A stretch of 64,000 nt of DNA from Haliotis rubra. Taxonomy: Eukaryota. The notes under the pieces were generated by a model that was given only the letters and a program-made list of their open reading frames with translations, ran no database searches and was not told the DNA's origin. Shown here piece by piece: positions 12,903 to 27,203 of the stretch (its first letter is position 1; every line of letters starts with the position of its first letter). A program made the translations under genes and the position numbers. Where the stretch lies: positions 620,001 through 684,000 of the forward strand of contig NW_025767123.1 of assembly GCF_003918875.1 (NCBI RefSeq), in the 5' to 3' direction.

Positions 12903-13720
12903 CTACAAACATTTTTTCTTTACCTTTACAAACTCACTGCGGCAATTCCACAAACATATCACTTTACCTTTACAAACGCACTGCACCAATTCCACAAACA
13001 TATCACTTTACCTTTACAAACGCACTGCGGCAATTCCACAAACATATAACTTTACCTTTACAAACGCACTGCGGCATTCCACAAACATATCACTTTACCT
13101 TTACAAACGCACTGCAGCAATTCCACAAACATATCACTTTACCTTTACAAACGCACTGCGGCATTCCACAAACATATCACTTTACCTTTACAAACGCACT
13201 GCGGCAATTCCACAAACATATCACTTTACCTTTACAAACGCACTGCGGCAATTCCACCAACATATCACTTTACCTTTACAAACGCACTGCGGCAATTCCA
13301 CAAACATATCACTTTACCTTTACAAACGCACTGCACCAATTTCACAAACATATCACTTTACCTTTACAAACGCACTGCACCAATTCCACAAACATATCAC
13401 TTTAACTTTACAAACGCACTGCAGCAATTCTAATTAAAAATAACTTGATTTCTACAAACGCAATGTGCCAATTCCACAAACATATTTCTTTACTTCTCCA
13501 AACGCACTGGGGCAATTCCGCAAACATATCACTTTACTTTTACAAACGCACTGCACCAATTCCACAAACATATATTCCTTACCTTTACAAACGCACTGCA
13601 CCAATTCCACAAACATATTTTCTTTACCTTTACAAACGCACTGCACCAATTCCACAGACATATTTATTTACTTCTACAAACGCACTGCGGCAATTCTACA
13701 AACATATCACTTTACTTCTA
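12903..13720. repeat. 44-bp minisatellite
   Basis: Unit cactttacctttacaaacgcactgcggcaattccacaaacatat; produces spurious repetitive ORFs. Confidence 0.95.
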
Positions 13721-16700
13721 CAGTGGCACCGCCAAAATTTGTACTTGCTGGAATTTTCTCCTTTTTGATGTTCATGATAAGTAGATGCGGTTCCCCTTTG
13801 TTGTAAAAGACTTAAATGTTTGCTAATTTGTTCTTTGTTAATTACTTTCCTTATCTACTCTTTAATATTGGTGGGTTTAATCGCCCGGAATCGAACAATA
13901 TATGAAACGCAATAAATGATGTCAGTCTAGATGGCCGAATAATGGACTGGGAGCAAGTACCTAACATAACACTGGGAGTTTCTTAGGAGATTAACATCAT
14001 GTGTTGGCCAGAGGTTTCAAATGAGATATTCCCGTGTTTCAAATACTCAATAACACCCGGAAATTGGCCAACACATGATGTTTATCGACATTGTAAACAC
14101 AAAAGTAAACCAAAAGGCCCACATGGCTTTACATCGAGTACGGGTACAGTAGTGAAGTGTCATCAGATGGCCGTTTCAGCTAGACAACAATACAATTGTG
14201 TGCGATATTTGTACGTGTCAATACGCAGTGAATAGTCTTGGAATTTCCGGAAATCGAATACGATTTGATCACGTTTTTCAACCAATCAGATTAAAGAACA
14301 CGGTGACTTTTGGTTTAAAATTTCCCATAACATCTCCCCAGATTTGCTTTAATTTCAAACATATTCAAAAAGAAATTTGCCGTCTCAGTGAAGAGCAGCA
14401 TGAAAGAACCAGTCAATTAGTACTTCATGTCAGTCTTCATATCTAACCTTTTCCTCTTCTCTGTAACGACGCGCTAACAAATTAAAGAAAGATGCATGAT
14501 TGCACGCTGCAGGTGACTAAAGTCACCTTGCTCTAATATGGGGTCCCTTTAAGGTGTGCCATTCTGAGGCTGGAGGCCACAATTCATCTATTTCTCCTTC
14601 TTAGAAGAGTTCCAATCCATAAGGGAGGTAACCGCAAATGATTCCAAGGACAAACATTGCTTTGTGGGCTGCATTATCGCATTTCGCAGGCACTTTTGAT
14701 TTGAATTAATTTCCCAAGGGTTGACGCGTATTTTCTGGCTCCAATCAAACATCTGACAAGCAAAGAAAATTTTATTGAATCTCCTTGGCGTAAACCACAC
14801 TCTTCAGGGTTGTAAATCAGCATACCTCAATTTGTTACTGAATTGGCATTCCTAGCCATTTCCATACGATCGTAAAATGTTCCTATATCAACAATTAAAT
14901 GTTTTTACACATAAACGGCCTTGAAGAATCACAGAAGTTACTCCATGCGATCTATCGTGGTAGTGGGCCGAGTGAATTGAAGCGAGCTCACAGGTCGTCG
15001 CTTGGCCATTCAGAACCCTCCCCCTGCAGCTCGCTCCGACCGCTAACACGCACACGGAATAAAGCGGTGAGCACCTCTTCAAGCGAAGTCTATCAAACCT
15101 GTTCCACGGTTATTTTATTACTCCTTTCTCAAATGAGCTCACAAATTCGGAGGGAAAGGTCTCTTTCCCGCCAGTGCACTACTTTATTAGACAAAAAAGG
15201 TGCTTGTTTCGTTTTTACCTCCTTGAGATTAAAGGCAAATACGTCGATGTAAAATGACAGTAATTTGACAGAAAAATGAGAATGTTCGAATTCAATCAAA
15301 CCTTTTTATGCATTTCTCCAGCGGGTCCTTGGGTAATGATGGCGTCTTTCTGTTGCAATGATTAATTGAAACAACCACTCGGTGTTTGAGTGCTTTTACG
15401 CTTTTACAATTCGTGTACTACCTATATATTTTTGTGGTTTCCAATTGATGAGAACAGATGATACCCTTGCTGTAGATATTGTATGGCTAGGAAAGACACT
15501 TCAATCAGAGACCTACAGAGAGTAGCATCGATGTCCAACACGATCATGCATTGGGAAGAATAGCAAAGCTTCCTGTCTCTGGAGGATAATTATGAAAATC
15601 GTATTTAAAAAATTCTATAGTCCATGTTTTATTCATCAGTCACTCACCACCTCCTGCCCTCCATTCAGTGTTCCGAGTGGAATCAGGACTGAAAAATGTC
15701 CCCAGAAACCTATGATTGTCATGAGAGATGTCTATTAATGGATGGAGGTCAAGCTCGGTAAATTGGGTGATTGTGTATCGTTTGTACTCAAGAGGATAAC
15801 TCAATCACAGGATAGTCTGGTCCTGACTCGAGTACTTACTAACTGACTGAGTTTGGTTTTACGCCGCTTTTAGCAATATCACGGCGGGGAACACCAAAAA
15901 TGGGCTTCACACATTGTACCCACACGATTACTTTGAGGCCGACGTCATATAGTGCAGCGTTGAACAATACACATTTATTTCAATGGCCATATGATAAGAA
16001 AAGGAGTAATTATAGCAATAAAGACATTGATGATAATATTCACTTAGTTGGTCGTGATAAGTCCTAAAATAGGTCGTAGCTGGGAACCCTGGGCAATGAG
16101 GGATCTTAACTTTACTGCTGGTCCTTTTGTAATGTAACAGAAAACTTGTCATCTTTGCTGCGAAAAATTACGGTATCATATATTTCAAAGTGTGTGACAC
16201 TGAATCAAAAGGTAGACATCAGTCATTCTGCTCGGATTGGCAAAATCTAGACGAATGAAGTTGATTGAGATATTAATTAAACTTCGTGTATGTCGATGAT
16301 CAGATATCCTTTGGTAATGTTCAGTTACCAAATTGCTTTAAACTCCCCCCAAACGTTAGTGTCTACATTGGAAAACGGTTGAGCTACAGCCGAGCATGCA
16401 TTTTCCGTGAAGACTTAAGGAGAGTCATATGACTGACTCTACCTCGAAGAGTTTTAGTTGAGCTTCGCGTTTCAGCATTGGTAGTAGTTACCAAAATACA
16501 AATACATGAAAACTCGTCTTTAAAATGGTGTCTTTGAAGAATCGGTAAGTGTGCATCTTCATCGAAGACATGGCACTATCGCGACACTTGTCTTGAATTA
16601 ACTCGACGGTTCAAAGATTTCGGGATATCGAGAATTAACGAAAGTAACAGCGAATGAAAAAACCGGGACATTGTGAAATGTGGTTCAGTGGATAGCTATT

Positions 16701-17852
16701 TACAACGAAGGCCAAATTGGAACACTACGAAACTCTAAAACATCTCATATTTAAAAGTACGATCATCATTTTACTTCACGTCAGGCTAACACCACTGACT
16801 GAAAATGGGGTTCACTCTTTCAATTCACTGCAAAGAACAGAAGAGTACCACTCCTGCCCTCAAGAACCAATACTCAATATAAATCAAACACATTGCATTC
16901 ATGGCGTACCAATATTCAGATAATGAATATTAACCCGACCACAAAAAATTCTCATTTAGATAGTAGGTTTTTAAAGCCAATTTATCGGTCAGTGTTAATG
17001 TCCTATGAGAAGCTGAGTACGTCCAATCACCTCGCCCGTACATAGAACACCCGTCACTGCAGGGTCATTTGGGCACTCTTCTCTATTATTACCCGGCATC
17101 TTATGCCTCAGGACATTGAAGAAAATTACCTCTGTGCTGGAGAGTTCTAAATAAGCTTTACTTCCGGCTAAGCCAACAAACGACGACATAAAAAGCTATC
17201 TTAGTTATCGGAATTCGTTCTTTTATTACACAACTCTAGGTTTCCACGATAGTTACCTAGATGTTACATTTGGCGATCAATTTCGATCACTTTTTTCGAT
17301 TCGGCACTGACGACCCAATATCTGTTTCAAACAGATAGGGTTATCTGCTGTGTCGTTTGATGTTCATTTTGCTTTGTTGCTTTTACAGTGCACAAAGTGA
17401 AAACGTGGAGTTCATTTTAGATATTGTAGGTTTTGGAATCAATAGATGGAAACTGTGTGTTTCCATTGTCAAGCTGGTTTCTTTATCTTACAACGTACAA
17501 ACTTGAACTCGGCTTCTGTCTTCCTGTGTCTTTTTGTGGTGGTGATATCTGTCGAAGTATAAAAGCAATTTATTTACTTAGCGCAAGCAAATATTGAGTA
17601 GTTGCCATTTGAATGTAAACATTTAAACAGAAAATGAACTGTGTGTTTGTGATATTACTCTATTTATAAATAGTATGTACGAATTGACACTATGTTGCTA
17701 TGATATTAAAGTGGCTTTCGAGATTGGAAATTATTGATAATTTATATAGTGATATTTAAAATATCCAACTATTTTGTATAAATGTCTGTACATTAGGTTG
17801 TCAGTGTTCCCCTACAAATGATACTATTGCTGCATTGATTAATGCAGTATGA

Positions 17853-18046
17853 GTGAGTGAGTATGGTTTTACGCCGCTTTTAGCAATATTCCAGCAACAT
17901 CACGGCGGGGGACACCAGAAATGGGCTTCACACATTGTACCCATTTGGGGACTCGGATTCGAACCTTTAACCAGTAGGGCCCCAGCTAATTCGGCGTTGG
18001 CGTATCTCCGAGCGGACGCTTTAACCACTAGGCTACTCCACCGCCC
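17853..18046 (-). mobile_element. SINE family A with an internal insertion
   Basis: TSD aatgcagtatga; about 30 extra nt in the tRNA-like head. Confidence 0.88.
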
Positions 18047-19232
18047 AATGCAGTATGAAGTCAGCACCAGAGAGACAGAGACCAGGGAACCGATCCGCAA
18101 AACGTTCGTAGCGCTAGAGTTACGACAAGTCGTAATGTTATGTTGTTGATCGGGACCAAGACCTTTAGAGAAATATGTTTACATGAGAAATATGTTGTTA
18201 TAAGAAAACTATGATGATGAGTTTTTCCTGAGCGAAGCCCTACTGTCAAGTAGACTGACATTTGTCAACAGTTTATGTCCATGAAACGTTGTTCTGCCTC
18301 ATAAAATAATAGACGTCTCTTTTTCGTTAAATGCTGCATTGTTCGTGTACATAATTGTAATGGCCAGTACTTTGTTCTATTTGTACATTTATTGTAGACG
18401 AAATTAGGTCTAGAGAGACGGTTGTAATACCCATTGATTTCCCGACTGACCAGATCGAAAACTGGTACATGATGACTTTTGTCATAAAATGCCTGCTAGT
18501 GCGGCCAATTATTTACAGGTCTTTCCTGAATAATGGTTGTGTACACGTATCACCCAGGGAACTAATGGAAAATGAATAGTGTAAAAAGTTCATGTAAAAA
18601 GTAATATGTTTCTTAATGCAACTGTCAAAGGCAACACTATAGATGTCAATCAATGCAAATAACGGTTTTACCTCGTCACACAAACTGAAGAACGTATCAC
18701 TACCTAGCGTCAGAGTAGTCATTTATAGATAACAATGTTGTCTATTGAATGACATTTCTCATGAAGCCCAGGACGAGTAAACGAAACAAATTGACCACAC
18801 ATCATTGAATGTATGCGTCCGTTTGCCTCATTAATGCTACCTTACTTTCAGAAATATGAATAGTATTATGTTACTTTAATTGGTATAATAAATCTATAGC
18901 TATTCCTATTCTGACTTTATTTTCACCATAATGTTGTGTTTGTTTTGCAAACAATTTACTTGCCCTTGTGTGCGTTTGTGACAGGTGCTTCCATAAGGTT
19001 AGGACACGCCTGGTATTACCACTATTTGATAATGATTCATAATCACACGCCCAGTATGAAGCCTGGTTCGTACAACTGAATCTGCTTCTAGCAGATATTT
19101 CTTTTGTTTGCTATTTTAAGGGCTTTGCTGTTTTTATTGCTATTTCGCCTGGGAGTCAAGGCACCGGAAGCTTGTAGAACAGGTTCAGTGGATGTTTTCT
19201 CGCTTTTACTTACAAAATGTTTTGTTTTTCAG

Positions 19233-19277
19233 GACGAAAAGAATCAGATACTTACCACCAATTGCTGGCTGAACCAG
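19233..19277 (+). CDS. nAChR alpha subunit (alpha9/10-like), internal exon (DEKNQILTTNCWLNQ, loop D)
   Basis: 45-nt exon flanked by ttttcag and gtgagt, phase 0/0. DEKNQ..W is the conserved Cys-loop receptor segment, and a 45-nt exon at this position is typical of nAChRs. Confidence 0.93.
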
Positions 19278-19485
19278 GTGAGTCCGTGTATGCAGGTCAT
19301 AAGAAATATCTATATTGTGTGGAGGATTCCGTTTGTAAGTGTATTAATGTTGGAGGATGGCACCTTGTTGCAACATGTGTCCTTTCGAATGCAGAAATGA
19401 TTATAGCTGGTATTATAAATATGATGATATCGTTCAGCGGCGGATGACAAGTTGGGATATATTAAGAAAGTATGATGACATGACG

Positions 19486-19743
19486 TGAGTGAGTGGTGAG
19501 TAAGTTTAGTTTTACGCCGCACTCAGCAATATTCCACCTACACGGCGTCGGTTTGTAAATAATCGAGTCTGGGCCAGACAATACAGTGATCAACAGCATG
19601 AACATGAGCATTGACCTTCGCAGTTGGGATACGACCAAGTGTCGACCAAGTCAGCGAGCATGACAACCCGATCCCGTTAGTCGCCTCCTACGACAAGCAT
19701 GGGTTACTGAAGACCAATATTCTAACCCGGATCCTCATGATCG
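19486..19743 (-). mobile_element. Short retroposon family B
   Basis: Full-length match. Confidence 0.88.
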
Positions 19744-20764
19744 TGTCATGACGTATCTTATGAAGGGATAGTATATTCCATACCACCCAAAAGATGTTAA
19801 GTACCCCAAGTCATTCTTATAGTTTTTACTAGATCTTATATGTTCTCATGGAATAACTACAGTGATATAAACAACTCAAATGACCTTAAGAGAGTGAGAT
19901 TCATACTGGATGTGTGGAAACGCGAAACATTTCGTGTGTATCCCTGTCCTTCCAGGATAAAACGGATTGTTGGGAATCTGTTTAGTTTAAACATATTTTA
20001 TTCACAGTGTGAAAAGGATCGGGGACAAGTTCTTTCAACTTATTGAACCCCTCTCGAAGATATTTACAATAACTAATTACATCACAAGCAATTATTAGAA
20101 ACAGAGACAGAGAAAGACTGAAAAGATAACAGGGGGAAATGCTATAATACAAAAGGTGTATAGAGAGAAGACTACTGGAATCGTTTAGATTTGCATATAT
20201 ATTGATGTACATTTTTGAATATAATTTAATTTTTATGATTTGTCAGATCTGCAATGCCGTTTATAATAACAGATAATGTAATGGGAATGGGAATCTGTTG
20301 TAAAATATATCAGACGCATAAGGACAGACACATTTAAAACACAAATATTATTGATGTATGTCACAACGTAAAGAAGAAGTTGTCATCCATGACAATATGT
20401 TTGTTTTATTTGAACACCAACTTCTAAATGATCTCGCAAGAATCTCGACATGATACATTGTATTCGAACATACTAAATGAACTTCAGGCCCACGTGTTGA
20501 ATATAAGTCATCATCAGAATATATGACATTGCAATACGATTTGAGAACACTTTTGCACAGTACAACTTAATACAATATGCCATCGCATTCAATGATACTA
20601 CCTATTGCTCATACACAGTACTGTTGCGGAAAGTGATGGTCAGTATCTCACCTGAATACAATGGCACAGTTTGTCATACTACGAAAACTGCTCAATCATG
20701 CGGTGATAGTTGTGATTGTCGAGGGAGTCGATTGAAATTGGTGCGTGTCATAGAGCACGAAGTA

Positions 20765-20908
20765 GTGAGTGAGTGAGTGAATATTGTTTTACGCCGCTTT
20801 TGCAATATTCCAGCAATATCACGGCGTGGGGACACTTTGTGGGGAATCGAACCCGGGTCTTTGGCGTGACGAGCCAATGCTTTAACCACTAGGCTACCCC
20901 ACCGCCCA
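20765..20908 (-). mobile_element. SINE family A with an internal deletion
   Basis: Head and tail match; the central segment of about 25 nt is missing. Confidence 0.85.
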
Positions 20909-20914
20909 GAGTGA

Positions 20915-21760
20915 GAAGTAATACAATATACGAGTAATGCAATGTAGCATCACATAGTAATACAATATAACAAAACGAAGTAATTTAATATAGCAGCACA
21001 TAGTAACACAGCATTCGAGCACAGAGTAATACAATGTAACAGCACACAGAAATAATATAACAGCACATAGTAATACAATTAAACAGCATACAGTAATACA
21101 ATGTAACAGCACATAGTAATACAATTAAACAGCACATAGTAATACAATGTAACAGCACATAGTAATACAATTAAACAGCACATAGTAATACAATGTAACA
21201 GCACATAGTAATACAATTAAACAGCAAATAGTAATACAATGTAACAGCACATAGTAATACAATTAAACAGCACATAGTAATACAATGTAACAGCACATAG
21301 TAATACAATGTAACATCACGCAAAAAAAATATAACAGCACATAGTAATACAATTAAACAGCATACAGTAATACAATGTAACAGCACATAGTAATACAATT
21401 AAACAGCACATAGTAATGCAATGTAACAGCACATAGTAATACAATGTAACATCACGCAAAAATAATTTAACAGCACATAGTAATACAATTAAACAGCACA
21501 TAGTGATACAATGTAACAACACATAGTAATACAATGTAACATCACGCAAAAATAATATAACAGCACATAGTAATACATAGTAATACAATGTAACAGCACA
21601 TAGTGATACATTGTAGCAACACAGTATTACTATCAAACATCGCATATTAAACAAATATATACTAGCACATAACGATACAACATCACATAGTAAAACAATA
21701 TAAAATCACATAGTACAACAATGTTTTAGCACACGGTGATACAATGTAACAGCACATAAT
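20915..21760. repeat. 23-bp minisatellite with 46-bp alternation
   Basis: Unit aacagcacatagtaatacaat(gt/ta). Confidence 0.92.
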
Positions 21761-23346
21761 AAGATACATGTACCAATATAATATACTCAACAGCACCAAG
21801 TAATTCAATCTCACTTAACACTGGGTAACAGCATAAAGTACTGAAATCTCAAGTAACACAGTACAGCCAGTAAGTATGCTTTTCAGAATAGATTTGTTTG
21901 GCATCAAGCGCTATTACTAGAAGCCAGAATCACAGTGTATACACATACAGCGACCGGGAGCCAACCATACACATACTATACCCAATCTAAGCTTAAACTG
22001 CCTCATAAAATCAAGTCTATTGCCATGTAATACATATCATTGCATTCCATAACTTTTCAAGATTTTTTAGAAGTTTTCCAATAAATGCAAGTTTGAATAT
22101 GGCTTTCCTGCACCTATGATTTGATTCACCACCACTTACACTTAATGTGGCAATTTCTTGAAGCGTTGAATGATTTGTCAGTGTACAAATGAACTTTTCA
22201 CACAATCTACCTCATTACATTACATTACGGTTCATATTTACCCCTACAGACAAATCGTCGGTGTTGTAGCCACCCAAGGCTAAGTATGGCGTGAAGACGT
22301 TGCCATCCCACCCTGTCGTGTCTGGGAACAGTGGCGAGCAACGCAGATCTAGCCTTACCGGCATTTTTCTATTCACTTGATATCGCTCCAAATGTTATCT
22401 CGGCTAACAGGATAATATTGACCAAAACAGACAGTTAATTTGTCTGTTTATTCCCCTTCCACCACAGCCCCAGGCATACGTTTTGAAATTTGGGTGATCG
22501 TGCACGTGCCAAAGTTGACATTGCAATTGGCTTCAATTGTGCACATGATTACTGAAATCAAAAAGTCAAACAGAATTGCAAAAACGTGTCTTCGTTGTCA
22601 AAGAACTTCACAAAGTTGGCTAAATTCAGCAAGAAACCTTTGGTTATTTTCTTCAGGCGGTATCAGAGCAGCATTAATTCTCTGGCATATATTGCCACCA
22701 ATAATGATATCATTCCATCTCCTCTGACATAGGATCGAAACTCCTAAAGTGAAAGGACAAAACAGTGTTATTTTGATTAGTCTGGGTGAAGCGGACCATT
22801 CTAATGATGTTTCTCCGACCAAGGATGTGGATCAACGCTTACCAGTTAGAAGACACACCTTCGTGCAAGAATTTGTAATAAAGTTATGAAGCATGTTTGT
22901 TTGCATCATTACAGGGCTAACCAAATTGTATTCTTGCTTTGATCTTGGCTGCCGTTATGTTTAATCAGTCAGTTGATTTGCAGAAATGCTTTAAGAGATT
23001 TTCAGTCAGAAAAAATAAGTTAACCCGATAAGACGTAAAACACTGGCTACGTGTTGATCCTTACCGCAGAAGATGACAAATACTTCACGTTGACTGGGCT
23101 CTGTCTACAAATTAGCTACGTCCCTTTGCTTTATGTCCGCAGACACGGTGTAGGCTTAACTGTGCTCAAGTTTACGCTTATATTGTCACGGGTTACCGTG
23201 AAACACTTTGGGAAGAGTTTGTATTTTTTACTTTGAAGCTTTCACTGTGAAATTATAAAAGAAACATTTTTGTAGAAAAGTTTGTAATATATTTCATTGT
23301 TGTTTGAAGTACCTGTTGGCGCCTAGGGGACTCTACATACGATCAC

Positions 23347-23508
23347 GGGGAGCTGGAGTAGCTTAGTGGTTAAAGCGTTCGCTAATCACGCCGAAGACCC
23401 GGGTTCGATTCCCCACACGGGTACAATGTGTGTAGCCCATTTCTGGTGTTCCCGCCGCGATATTGCTGGAATATTGCTAAAAGCGGCGAAAAACCATACT
23501 CACTCACT
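23347..23508 (+). mobile_element. SINE family A
   Basis: A/B boxes and an (actc)n tail. Confidence 0.88.
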
Positions 23509-23774
23509 TACTACATCCGATCACAACACACATTCACACACGCGCACGCAAGCGCGCAGACACTCAAACGTAAATACACATAGACACTCATTTACACATT
23601 CTCAAACATTGGCACAAATACACACACACACACACACACACGGACGCTCCACTTAATACCAGCAGCTTAACAACACATTGAACACATCACAGAGAGTGTG
23701 ACACACAGAGACACATACACAAAGATGCACAGAAACACAAGTGTGCAGACACACAAACACTAGCAGCTCAGATT

Positions 23775-23857
23775 GAGTGAGTGAGTTTAGTCTAACGCCG
23801 TTTTTAACAATATTCCAGCAATAGCACGGCGGGGGACACCAGAAATGGGTTTCACAC
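23775..23857 (-). mobile_element. SINE family A, 5'-truncated, inside a CA-rich tract
   Basis: Only the tail half is present. Confidence 0.75.
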
Positions 23858-24260
23858 GTAGAAGCACATTGAACATAGACACAGGTAGAGAAAGTGACAC
23901 ACAGAGACACATACATGGACAAAGACACACATAAACACAAGACACACATGCACGTACGTGTACGGACACACGCACACGTCAGGTTAGAAACACATTCCCC
24001 CCCCACACACATTGAACACACGCACGCACGCACATGCACGTACGCACGTAGAACACAGACACACAGAAGCACATTGAACACAGGCAACACATTGAACACA
24101 GACACATAGCGGGTATAACGTCATTCTTTGTACAGCTAATTAGAATTATGTATTCTGAGAAAAGGGCATATTGCGATGAAGAATTACACATTTGTTGCCA
24201 CACAGGTGTTGTCCGCTTGTTGACCTCTATGTATTTTAACCATTACGGTTGATGTTTCAG

Positions 24261-24371
24261 ATGTGGTTGGATTACGGTTTGAGGTGGGACCCTGACAAGT
24301 ATGGCGGCATCAAGGTGATCCGTCTCCCCACGACTCCGTGTGTGGCGGCCAGACGTACTGCTTTACAACAA
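24261..24371 (+). CDS. nAChR alpha subunit internal exon (MWLDYGLRWDPDKYGGIKVIRLP...VWRPDVLLYNN), with +1 frameshift near 24327-24342 as assembled
   Basis: tttcag acceptor and gtacgt donor. The 5' half reads W.D..LRWDP..YGGI..IRLP. The 3' half reads WRPDVLLYN (loop A) only in a shifted frame. Length is 111 nt, but 110 is needed to join the next exon in phase 2. Confidence 0.88.
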
Positions 24372-24394
24372 GTACGTCTTCAAGTCTGTTGTGT

Positions 24395-24634
24395 CTTTCT
24401 TTGTTGTTTTACGCCGCACTCAGCAATATTCAAGCTATATCTCGTCGGTCTGTAAATAATCGAGTCTGGACCAGACAATCCAGTGATCAACATCATGAGC
24501 ATCGATCTACGCAATTGGGATACGATCAATATGTGTCAACCAAGTCAGCGAGCTTGACCACCTGATCCCGTTAGTCGCCTCTTACGACAAGCATGGGTTA
24601 CTGAAGACCAATTCTTACCTGGATCTTCAGGGTC
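24395..24634 (-). mobile_element. Short retroposon family B, just downstream of the nAChR exon donor
   Basis: Full-length match. Confidence 0.9.
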
Positions 24635-25092
24635 CTGAAACCGCTAGTTGAGATTTTCCGTCACGTGTTTCCATTACGTAGCGCAAAAGCCCGAACTGAA
24701 GCAAGTCTAGATTTTTGTCACTTTCAGAGACGTCTCAATTGCACACTTTTTCAATTTATATAGCGTAATTTGTTCCTAAGTTTCCTTTGTTTCATAGTTT
24801 CATAGAGTAAGCGTTAGGAGCCAACAATGTCATATTGTGGTTTTGTGTAAGTAGAACAATATTTTTTTCGATGGAAAACTTGACTGGATAAATTGTTTTG
24901 AAAACATTATTTATTACTTTTCTCTTTTTCTGTTCGGAGACCGAAAAGATATGTTCTGTTTATGATGAAAATGTCCGCCCCCATCCCCCAAAATATTACC
25001 ATACTAAATCTCTCCGCATTAGCGATGCATGTCAGTATAAAGAAAGCAGTATCGAGACCTTCACCTTGACCTTATTTACCTTCACCTTGCAG

Positions 25093-25631
25093 CGCCGACG
25101 TCTCGTCATTCTTCTCCTCAATAAGCTCCAACGTGATCGTCAACAACGAAGGCAACGTCACGTGGTTGTCAATGGTGATCTTCAAAAGTTCGTGTTCCAT
25201 CAACGTCCGATATTTTCCATTCGACGAACAGAATTGTTCCTTGTTGTTTTCTTCGTGGACCTACGACGGTTTACAACTTGACCTCGTCATGAACTCTCCA
25301 CATGGCGACACGTCAAACTATATCCACAACAGCGAATGGCTACTGGTCAAACTACTGGTCAAACGCAACGTGCAGTACTATTCCTGTTGTGACGAACCGT
25401 ACCCGGATATAACGTACTATATTCACATCAGGCGACGTCCGTTGTTCTATATATTCAACATGATATTACCGTGTATATTGATAACGTTGGTGGCGTTGTT
25501 AGGGTTCTATATACCCTCAGACTCAGGAGAGAAGGTGACGATGGGGATTACGACGTTGCTGTCGATGACGGTGTTCATGATGTTGGTGACGGAGAATATG
25601 CCCCCGACGTCGGATGTGCTACCTCTCATAG
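25093..25631 (+). CDS. nAChR alpha subunit large exon: Cys-loop, loop B, loop C with vicinal cysteines, M1, M2
   Basis: ttgcag acceptor and gtaagt donor. Encodes the Cys-loop CSINVRYFPFDEQNC, SWTY, YYSCCDEPYPD (the alpha-defining CC), RRRPLFY-M1 and SGEKVTMGITTLLSMTVFMMLV-M2. Confidence 0.97.
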
Positions 25632-25877
25632 GTAAGTTATGGTCCTTTCTATGTGACGGTGCCGCCGGTGGGACAGGATACGCTCACCTATTCCGGAACA
25701 ACTCGTATCGTCATTATTTGATAGTGATTCTTAAATACATGCGCAATTATATTTGCTATACAATATTTTATAATTAGATTTACAATGATTGTAGAAAGGG
25801 ATTTGTTTATTTACGATAAACGTCTGATGTGAAACCTCTTATAGATACGTCATGACACTAAAAGTTTCTTTACGATA

Positions 25878-26047
25878 GGGGCGGTGGGGTAGCCTAGTTG
25901 TTAAAACGTTCTCTCGTCTCGCTGAAGACCCGGGTTCGATTCTCCACACGGGCACAATGTGTGAAGCCCATTTCTGGTGTTCCCCGCCGTGATATTACTG
26001 GATTATGGCTACAAATGCGTAAATTCATATTCACTCACTCACTCACT
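25878..26047 (+). mobile_element. SINE family A
   Basis: Full-length match. Confidence 0.88.
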
Positions 26048-27042
26048 CGCGAGCTAGCGAGTTACCTCTGATGATGTATTACATACTACTCAAACATCGT
26101 ACGGATCTACTGGTTGTTTCATTGTAGTGTAACTGATGTGACCGATTAACATCGTGATATGAAAGAATCGAGTGATCCGTATTTGTTGTTCAGAAGTATT
26201 TTTGCTGACTATTCCATATGTGTCATATAAGCATCTGATTATTTAATTCGTAATCAAACCAAATGGTATTCTTTTAACAGGCCTATTGACTTTAGAATCA
26301 GTTGGTATATGTGCCTTGTTATATTGTAGTAAGTCATAAGCGTTATGAGATATTGAACTATCAACAGTCATAATTATGATGAACGTAATTGAACCCTCCT
26401 TGTTACGGTGTATTTTGTTTGCCATAGCGTTTCAGACCCAACAAAACTACTGTGTATGTTAAGTGCTAAAGGGTCTTCCAGTCTCTGGTTATCGCTCGAT
26501 GGCTTTCTTGAAGATTTTCTTGCAAAATAAATGCCATAGTTTAGTGTATATTCGCCATACTTAGCCGGACCGAATACCACATTGTATAATGTTTACATCA
26601 GTCAGGTTTGAACATGTAACGTCAATCCAATATAATATTCAGCCAGGACCATCATCTGAAAAGGATTCCACTTGATGCAAAGCGCGAATATAGCTGTGGA
26701 ACTTGTAAGAATAGATCACTGACGATCAGTAATGACACCGGGTGTTCGGAAACAGCATGGCCTGTCCTACAGTCTTTCACGCAATTTAAAAAGTAACTTT
26801 ATTACCTGATGCTGCACAACTCTGCTATAAAAAGGAGGCCTGTATAAGGAGTGAATGAGTTTAGTTTTACGCCGCACTCAGCAATATTCCAGCAATATTG
26901 CAGACCAGACTGAGGAGGTATCGATAAACAAATACATCAAGTGACACGTTTCGTATTGCTGCTGAAATAGTGCTAAACTGCGTAAACCTGCTCTCCTGCT
27001 GTAGGAAGAATCAGGGTGGTTGTTTCTCGTAAATATGTGAAT

Positions 27043-27203
27043 GAGTGAGTGAGTTTGGTTTTACGCCGCTTTTAGCAATATTCCAGCAATATCACGACGG
27101 TGGACACCAGACATGGGCTTCACACATTGTACCCATGTGGGAATCGAACCCTGCCTTCTGCGTGACGAGCGGACGCTTTAACCATTTAGCTACCCTAACG
27201 CCC
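27043..27203 (-). mobile_element. SINE family A
   Basis: Full-length match. Confidence 0.85.

Noticed and set aside
12690-13806. Long ORFs of 100-210 aa
   Set aside because: Translations of a 44-bp minisatellite, open in several frames at once.
17017-17152. VRPITSP.. as the missing nAChR RPV exon
   Set aside because: In-frame stop immediately upstream, and no QIIDV-like end or donor.
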